Source of the DNA: Amphiscolops sp. MND2022
Taxonomy: Eukaryota
Reading direction: 5' to 3'
Length of the DNA: 64,000 nt
NCBI GenBank assembly: GCA_964187785.1
Contig: OZ076409.1
Location: 74,216,001 to 74,280,000, forward strand
How positions within the stretch are numbered: the first letter of the stretch is position 1; each line of letters starts with the position of its first letter. A model generated the notes under the pieces. The model saw only the letters and a program-made list of their open reading frames with translations. It was not told the origin of the DNA and made no database searches. Shown here one piece after another: positions 52,901 to 61,727 of the stretch. The translations under genes were made by a program, and so were the position numbers.

Positions 52901-54881
52901 GTCAAAAGTAGTGATTACAGGAGATTTTTTTAAAAACTCCTGTTATTTGTCACGTTCCATTGTGCCTTTCTTAATCGGTCCTTGTCAGTTATGGTATTAG
53001 CGCTCAACAACGACCTCACAGACAACAAACAACTTGTTTACAGTTGTAAAAAGTATTTATAATACAACCATGCTCGGTCTGGACAGATTTTTCACCCCAT
53101 TCGTTCTGAACAAGAAAAATTTTTTTCCCAAAAACCCCATTTTTGTCAGGTCGAAAATTGATTCCCCGTCTTTTGAACAACAATATTGTGTCTGACGTAA
53201 CCTCTGGCCTCCAAAATACTGAAAAACAGATATATGACTGGTATCAAATTCTTCAGTGACATGTGAGCCACGATAACACGTTTCGCAAAGGAAAATTCTA
53301 TTTTCAACTGAAAATTTGAACACACATTTTCACAATAAAAACAGAATACATAACAATCTAACCTGTTTCCCGTCAGTTACAATTAATATAGTATCAGTGT
53401 TGCGAATATGAGGTCTATACAGGTGTGTATGGGAAAAATGTGGCGCATAAAGCATTGTGTAACACAAAGCTTACCAAAGTACTAAGAATTTTTCACTGTA
53501 TTTTTTGCACTCTAACACAAAAATTTGATAGTGTAAACATCAATGAGCAGTTTAATTTAGTACGGTTTATCAACTGTGTATCTTTTTCAAAGTGCACGAT
53601 CTTTCTGTTGTTCCAAACTCCTTTGTTACGGCTGAAAAGTGTCATATGTTTTACAACGCAATGTTCATTAAACGATACATTAGCAAAGACCGAATCAACT
53701 TCACAGCAGGTAATCAATTTCTCAATACGTCTTTCAGTACTTGGATTTCGCAGACTATATAGATCTGATTTGCATTTTTATAAAGACTTTATAACTGAAT
53801 CTTGCATTTTTATAAAGAGTTTATAAAAAAATTTCGTGATAGCCTTCCAAGTTGGCCTTCGGCCAACTTGGAAGGCTAACACTACAATCACCAAAAACCA
53901 GGAGTTCCTTTAATCTCAAAATAGGCGGGGAAACTTTCATTCAACTTTCTTTTTTCACGTTAATTGATAAATTCAGGACATGAGCATTTCTATTCGCTAT
54001 ACGATGACCACCATTGTGTTAAATAAATAACTCTTTCATTGTGACGCTTAAAAATACCGTAAAAACTAACTTGAAACTTATGAATTGTATGTGGAACGTA
54101 CATTCATCTAACCAATGAGTGGCTACCCCTATTAGTTCCACGAAATCCTCTACCCCTCCACCAGACAGTACGTTACAATATACGTTGATGTCTTCCACAG
54201 TGGTGACATACGGCAAAAAAAAGGAAATGGAGTTGGACTGTATGTATTTCTAATGCATTTAAGTCAGCCACTTGTGGAAGGCAAGGTTCACTACTACGAA
54301 ATAAATCTATCCCAGCTGAAAATTATTTGGGCAAACACATGGCACACGAAAATACTTCAAAAATTTTCAGCAGTCAAATCCTTCCACAAAAATTTTTCTG
54401 TTCGATAGTGAATATTTTCAAAATTTGGAATCCGCCAGTCCCGTCATCTTCGCATCTCAGATCGGTCACAACAGAGCTTTCTTTTTTACAATTCTCTCCA
54501 CCCATTTCCACATAACGAGGCAGTTACGTTCACTATTTGGAGTGTTATTGGAGATTATAAGGCATTAATCACTATAATGAACAATTACTTCAAATGTTGA
54601 AACTCTTCCACTTTTCTTTGTACATTGTTAAAGTAGAACATCACTGTTATTCAGCAGGAACGTCGCGCTGGCTTGCAGATTGATGGAGAATAAGTGACAA
54701 GTAGGATTGTAAGGCACCACGTGTCGTGGAGATGCCAAATATGAAATACGTTGAACACAACAAAGACTACTTTTGTCAACAGAACGGAAAACGAAAATTT
54801 TATTGTTGAGAATTATTTTCTTTCTATACACATTTTCCTCGCTTCTCGGCAGTGTAACTGCAACAACCTCGCCTCCACTGG
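49989..54881 (+). mobile_element. Long family-D unit (4893 bp) with internal ~353-bp tandem subrepeats
   Basis: ACGGTCC...ACGGTC anchors at 50807, 51159, 51512 and 51875. Body homologous to 55919-60652. Type-2 hairpin at 53840-53878. Ends CTGG-GTG. Confidence 0.65.
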
Positions 54882-55918
54882 GTGGTCACGAGTATACTCT
54901 ACCACAATATTTGCGAGGTGGGGGAGGGGCCCCGAGTCCGAGCCATGCTGTCAGATTTCTATCTAGAGTGAGGGGTCCAGAAAAACAGCGATTTTGGAAT
55001 TGAGCCATACGATTTGAATGAAACTTTGTGTGTAGGTAGATCTCAAAATTATAAGAACTTTTTCCTTCTGGCAAAACATGGTTGGAACATTGTGTCGGAA
55101 GTTATGAACAAATGATCGGTTTTTTCACCTATTTTCGGCATATTTACACCTCGGTACAACCAGCCTGTGGATACAATTGGCTGAAACTTTGCATGCGAGG
55201 CATAAATGAAGAAAAGTGTTTGCATGTCAAAAATCATTAGGCTGCTGATACTAGGCTGGGAGATAAATGTGGAAATATAAACGGAAAATTGTGAAAAACC
55301 CGGTCATTGCGTCATAACTTCCGAACTTTTGTATTGATTGTGTTTACTTCAGCGGTAGCAGTACTTTGGAGGTACTTTCATCATCAGGTGGTCAGGTTAA
55401 AAAATAAAAAATAAAAAAGTTCTTCAAAAGTTCTACAAAAATTCTAAAATTGACGAATTTTTCAAAAAAAAAGGATTTTTCGGTTTTCGACGCTTTTTCA
55501 CATTCTGAGCATGAAAATGACGTAACCCTGCACTTACGATGACTACTTGAAGGATTTTCACATACCTCTTCGTCGATGAGTGGCCACTTTACAGAACTAA
55601 TTGTTCTTTTGTTAGAAGTCCCACCATTGTTTTGTCCCTGAAAAAAGTTCAAGAAACAACTTCTCCGTTGTTCCTGAGAAATGCGAAGCAGTTCGCAGGA
55701 ACAACGGATAGAAATAACGAAGTACCCGGGTGGTTGGAATGAGAGATATGTAATCATTCGTTAAACTGATGAAAAACAGAGTTTTTCATCAGTTGAACAG
55801 ACGAAAAACGTTTCCATGGATGTTACCTAAAGTGAACAGTACTGGTAGCGTATTTTAAAATATAATTCGACAGAAGCCGCCCGCCCACTCTGGTAATTAG
55901 TTTCCTTGCCTCCACTGG
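54882..55918 (+). mobile_element. Short divergent unit (1037 bp) with type-3 hairpin
   Basis: GGGGAGGGGCCCC left hairpin, type-3 hairpin at 55664-55708, ends CTGG-GTG. Confidence 0.6.
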
Positions 55919-58900
55919 GTGGTTGGGGCGTTATTCCCCACGAAGTTCGCGGCCGCGGGAGACGGGACCCGCGGACCGCCCATCCAATGCAAAAATATAC
56001 ACTCTAAACAGCACCATTATAAACACGATCTCGAAAATGAACCGTAGGATTGTCTTGAAATTTTGCATACGGATAGAAGAGAAAATTCTAAGAACTTTTT
56101 CCTGCTGGCACTTTTCCGAAAAAAATGTCCTTCATGGGTTTTTTTGGGTTTTTTTGGTTTTTTCTCATCTTTCTCATCTTTGATTAATCAATCACTGAAT
56201 CAAAGGCCATTTTCAGCATGAAGGAATGCCCGTAGCGGCAAAGTGCACTTTTACAAAAATCATCAACAGGCAACGGTCTTTCAAACGGTCCAAAAAATTT
56301 TCCCCCCGGGGGCATCCGAAGTGCCGAAAAGTGCCAAAATATTTTTTTGGTCTGAATCATTTTGATGAAATTGTTGATTTGAGCAGCAGGAACGGTCCGC
56401 ACGGTCTCGGACCATAAGGTCAAAAATTGTCAGTGAGTTATGGTGACGACCAAAATGACATTGGTTGAGCTGTAGGAGGCCTCTGAAAAAATTTGAATTT
56501 TTTGAGTCTACAATCCGAGCTGAACTGTTACGTATTATGAACTTTTCAGTACTATGTTGCCAATGACCGAGTACAGATAGATGCATGGGTCAGCCTTATT
56601 GAAATGAACATTGGGCACTGGGCTACCGATTGAGTGCAAAAATTATAGCCTAGTTGCTGTAGTCGAAGAAAAAAATTCTCAGAAGTGTTACTTTCAATTT
56701 GTCATGTTGACTCGGAGTTACAAAAAGGTGATTTTCTCGCCAACAACGGTCCGAACGGTCTTGGACCATAAGATCAAAAATTGTCAGTGTGCTATGGTGA
56801 CGCCCAAAAACCTACCAGAACATGGGTAGGATGCTTCTGAAAAAATTTCAAATTTTTACGTGGGCCCAAGAGTTATTGTGTTACATCGTAACAACTTTTC
56901 GTGTATGCATATCTCCTGACAGAGTACAGATAGCATCATGGGTCACCTTTATGAAAGTGAACGTGGGCCACTGGTGTACTGCATGGTTATAAAAAATTTA
57001 GACTAAGTGCTGCATGGCGTGAATAATATGCCAAGATGTGGTATTTACGATATTTTAGCACGACTCGCACTGACAAAAAGCCTATTTCTGCCCCAGCAAC
57101 GGTCCGAACGGTCATCAAGTATAAGGTCGAAAAATGTCAGTGTGACATGATGGCGCCTAAAAACCCACCAGAACATTGGTAGGAAGCTTCTGGAAAAAAT
57201 TCGAATTTTTACGTGGGCCCGAGAGTTATGATGTTGCATCGTAGCAACATTTCGTGTATGCATATCTCCTGACAGAGTACAGATAGCATCATGGGTCACC
57301 TTTTTGAAAAAGAACGTGGGCCACTGGTCTATCGATTGGTTGTAAAAAGTTTTCAATCACTGCTGCACGGCGTGAATAATATGCCAATATGGGGTATTTA
57401 GCATTTTTTTGCACGACTCGGACCTACAAAAGTCCCATTTCTGCTCCACCAACGGTCCGTACGGTCTTCAACCATAAGGTCAAAAAGTGTCAGTGTGCTA
57501 TGGCGACGCCCAAAAACCCACCAGTACACTTGTAGAGTGCTTCCGAAAAATTTTGGAATTTTTAGGTGAGTCCGAGAGTTATAGAGAGTTATGTTGTCAC
57601 ATCGTAACTACATTTCGGGAATGTATATCTCCTGACACAGTACAGATACCAATATGGGTCATCTTTTGGAAAGTGAACGTGGGCCACTGGCCTACCGAAT
57701 GATGATAAAAAGTTTTCACCAGTTGCTACAGGGAGTGATAAAAGTGCTTACATGGGTTACATAGCATTTTTTCAGGCGACTCGGACTTACAAAAAGCTCA
57801 TTTGCTCGCGAACAACGGTCTGTACGGTCTCCACTCAATGGGTCGAAATTTTTTTGTGGGCTATGGTGACGCTCAAAAACCCATCAGTTTACTTGTGGGA
57901 TGATTCTGTAAAAATTTAGTGTTTCCGTGCAGACTATGTTACATATTACATTGGGAACCGTGTTTTTTTCTCACCAAAATCATGTTTTTGAGTGCCCAAA
58001 AACAATTTTTAAAGCCCAGTAGCCACCTAAAATGTTCTTTTGCATAACATGGGATGTGAATAACGTGAAGAAAGTGCTCACTGTGGATTTGGAGTTATCT
58101 CGAAAAAATCAGCTGTCATTAGACGTTACATTACATAAAATCGTTCCTTACATATCGATTCATGGGTTGAGTCAAAAACAGCTAAAGTTCTTTTTCAGTC
58201 AATCAAGACACTTTTTTGTTCACAACCAAGTGTACAGCTGACGTCGAACCTATTTTGACTTTTCACAATGGTTATAGTTCAATTTTGAGGTACAAAAGCC
58301 TCTTTGACAAACAAAATTCCATGATGAAATTGCTTTCCAAATCATTTTTTGAAGTATAGGAACGCCATTTTTAGCCGAGAACCATCTAATATCCACTTCT
58401 CTTGGCCCAGTGGCTTGTGAAAAATACAACTGGGCATTGACAAGGCACAAGGACCTTACTTCGAGTAGTAATGTGCCACAATATTTGCTAATCGATAGCA
58501 AATTTTGTTGAAAATTGATACAACATCACATTTTTGGTGGACTCGAAATGACAAAATGGAGCTTCAGCAGCAACTATTGGCTTTTAGTGCAACTCACTGG
58601 CACTGTAGCTTACGAAAATACGGTTTACAGTAGTTTCATGCTACTTTTTCAGAATCTGAGGTACATAAAAATATCATACTGAATAGACATATAACTTCCA
58701 CCTCGGAATTTTTCCGGATGTGTCACCGCTTTTTTGGTATCAGCGGTCCTACCAACACTGTTTTTGGTCTAACACTAAACCCGAAGATCAACCAAGGTGT
58801 ATATCAGACTTGTAAAATCAATGCAAGGACTTTCGACATGTCAAAAGTACTGATAAGAAAAGAAACTTCTCAAAAATTCATGTTATGTGTCATATTCCAT

Positions 58901-60652
58901 TCCACGTTTTTTAATCGGTGCTTGTCGGTTATAGTATTAACGCTCAGCAACGAGGTTACTGACAAGATACAACTTGTTAACAGTTATTAAAAGTATTTAT
59001 AATACCACCTTGCTCGGTCTTGGCACATTTTTCATCCCATTCGGTCTTAACGTGTAAATTTTACTTCCCAAAAACCCTATTTTTGTCAGGTCGAAATTCG
59101 AATTTTTGTGTTTTGATCAATATTATTGTGTCTGACGTAACCTGTGGCCTCCAAAATACTCAAAAACAATAGTATGACTGCTATCAAATGCTTCAGTGAT
59201 ATGTGGGGCACGTTAACACGTTTTGGTAGGAACAATTCCACTTTGAAGTGAAAATTTGGAAGACACATTGTGTCAATAAAAACTGAATAGGTGAAAAACG
59301 TACCTAACTCTCGTCAATTAGTATTGATGTAGTAACTGTGTTGCGAATTAGAGGTCTATAGAGTGGTGTATGGGAAAACTGTGGCGCATAAAGCGTTGTT
59401 CATAACAAAGTTCTTCCAGTAACTACTATTGTGTTTTCAAAAGTTTCACTATATTTCACATATCCACAGAATGTGATTGATGCTACCTAGTAATGGAAAA
59501 CCACTGTCGAATCTTCTTTAGTGGACTCAACAGTCCTGAAAATCACAGACATACATCATGTTTCATAATTATACGATCGAGGCTACACAATAATTTATTT
59601 CCGCTAGTTGCTGATAACTGAATTTCCTGATAGCCTTCCAAGTTGGCCTTGTGTCAACCTGGGAAGGCTATCAGTAGAAAACACAAAGAACACAGCTTGT
59701 TGTTGCCTTTAATTTGCTGTTGTTTTCGTTAAGATTCTATGGTACCGTTTCTTTATAACATGTGGTTAACATAAGACAATTTCTCTCGGTATGGAACGAC
59801 ATCCATTGATAAGAAAGATTACACTTTTTTCAGTTGAAAAAGACCTTGAAACTACTGCGCAATTCATGCAATTCATCCAACAAGCTCAATCATTTCAATA
59901 CTTTGCGTCCCATTGGGCGTCACGAACCACAATACTCCCTTTAACTGACAGTACAAAGACACATCATCATTTGACCGTCCACAGAGCGAAGGCGTGGCGA
60001 GGCACGCCTTTCGAAGTCCTTTGGCAAAAAAGTACTAACGTCCGTTCGTGACGCATACGAAAAACTCTTTTCATTTCAACAATCGTCATAAAGCATATTC
60101 GTTATATCGTCTTTTGGTTACATTTGTGCAGTGATACCTTTATCAGTGAAATATTAAGTTATACCTAGGTAACAGCAGTTACTTCGTGATTACCAAAGTG
60201 ATATCAAAATGTTGTTACATAAATATTTCTGACAGCGGAATTCCGAAGTGTCATTAGGTACTTTTGCAGTGCTCGTTAGGAAAGCGAGTACTTTTGCTTG
60301 GACCAAACATGCTTGTATCAGATTGGTCATGTGAAGGCAGGTAACGGAATCAAAACAATGTTCCTCATCAACTTTTTGGTAGGGTCAGAAACACAATGTT
60401 TCCTTTTTACCGTCCCCCAATTGTTTGTTAGCTTCTGTTCATAGAGAATTGTTTCTGCGCAGACCAAAATATAGCAAGTTATCCAATACGCCTGATATCG
60501 GTTTTGCCCCACACAGAACTATCACTTAACTTTTTTGTATGTTGACATCTTTTTACCCCGTAGTTCAACAACTCATGCACCTTCATTTCTTCTTCAACAA
60601 CTAACTCGCCACCTCCGTGTCGTCTCGTGGTTTGTTTAGCCTCCAGCGCTAG
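55919..60652 (+). mobile_element. Long family-D unit (4734 bp)
   Basis: Subrepeat anchors at 56391, 56745, 57098, 57451 and 57814. Type-2 hairpin at 59628-59673. Variant palindrome at 59989-60010. Confidence 0.65.
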
Positions 60653-61727
60653 GTGGTTGGGGCGTTATTCCCCACGAAGTTCGCGGCCGCGGGAGACGGG
60701 ACCCGCGGACCGCCCATCCAATGCAAAAATATACACTCTAAACAGCACCATTATAAACACGATCTCGAAAATGAACCGTAGGATTGTCTTAAAATTTTGC
60801 ATACGGATAGAAGAGAAAATTCTAAGAACTTTTTTCTGCTGGCACTTTTCCGAAAAAAATGTCCTTCATGGGTTTTTTTGGGTTTTTTTGGTTTTTTCTC
60901 ATCTTTCTCATCTTTGATTAATCAATCACTGAATCAAAGGCCATTTTCAGCATGAAGGAATGCCCGTAGCGGCAAAGTGCACTTCTACAAAAATCATCAA
61001 CGGTCAACGGTCTTTCGAACGGTCCAAAAAATTTTCCCCCCGGGGGCATCCAAAGTGCCGAAAAGTGCCAAAATATTTTTTTGGTCTGAATCATTTTGAT
61101 GAAATTGTTGATTTGAGCAGCAGGAACGGTCCGCACGGTCTCAAATTGTAAGGGCAAAAATTGTCAGCGTTCAATGGCGGTTCCAAAAATATAAGTCAGT
61201 CACCTGTAGGAGTTGTAACAAAAAATCGATTTTTGGGTAATATGGCATGTTGAGTGGTTGGATGAGAAATACCCGTAACATGTTGAGTTTGATTTGATGC
61301 AGCAGTGGTTGCAGCTGCAGCAAACGTGAAAATGATAAAAGGGCTGGGATATATCACATGCACAAACCAATGTTGCCCTGGGGCTTTCCTTGTGCCGCCA
61401 AATGCCTCAATGCGATCATTATGTTTTTCCAAATGGGGTCGCAAAACTAATTGTCACCGGTGTTCCTAGCGATGCGCAGCAACTCGCAGGAACAACGGGG
61501 CTCTCCGAACGCAAAGCTCAAGGCGCCCTTTCGTTGATTTGACGGCAGTCGCAGTTGATATTTTTTTGAATAAGTGATGAGATGTATCGTTGAATCCCAG
61601 AACATGTAACAAAAAAAGGAAGGTGGAATTTCAACACATTGGTTTGTTGCTGATTTCACGTAAGCAGCAAACTTAATCAGCAACTCCTAAACTCCTCTCT
61701 CGTGGTTTGTTTAGCCTCCAGCGCTAG
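60653..61727 (+). mobile_element. Short family-C unit (1075 bp)
   Basis: First ~490 bp are nearly identical to the start of unit 55919; the rest is homologous to unit 48918. Type-3 hairpin at 61457-61498. Confidence 0.65.
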
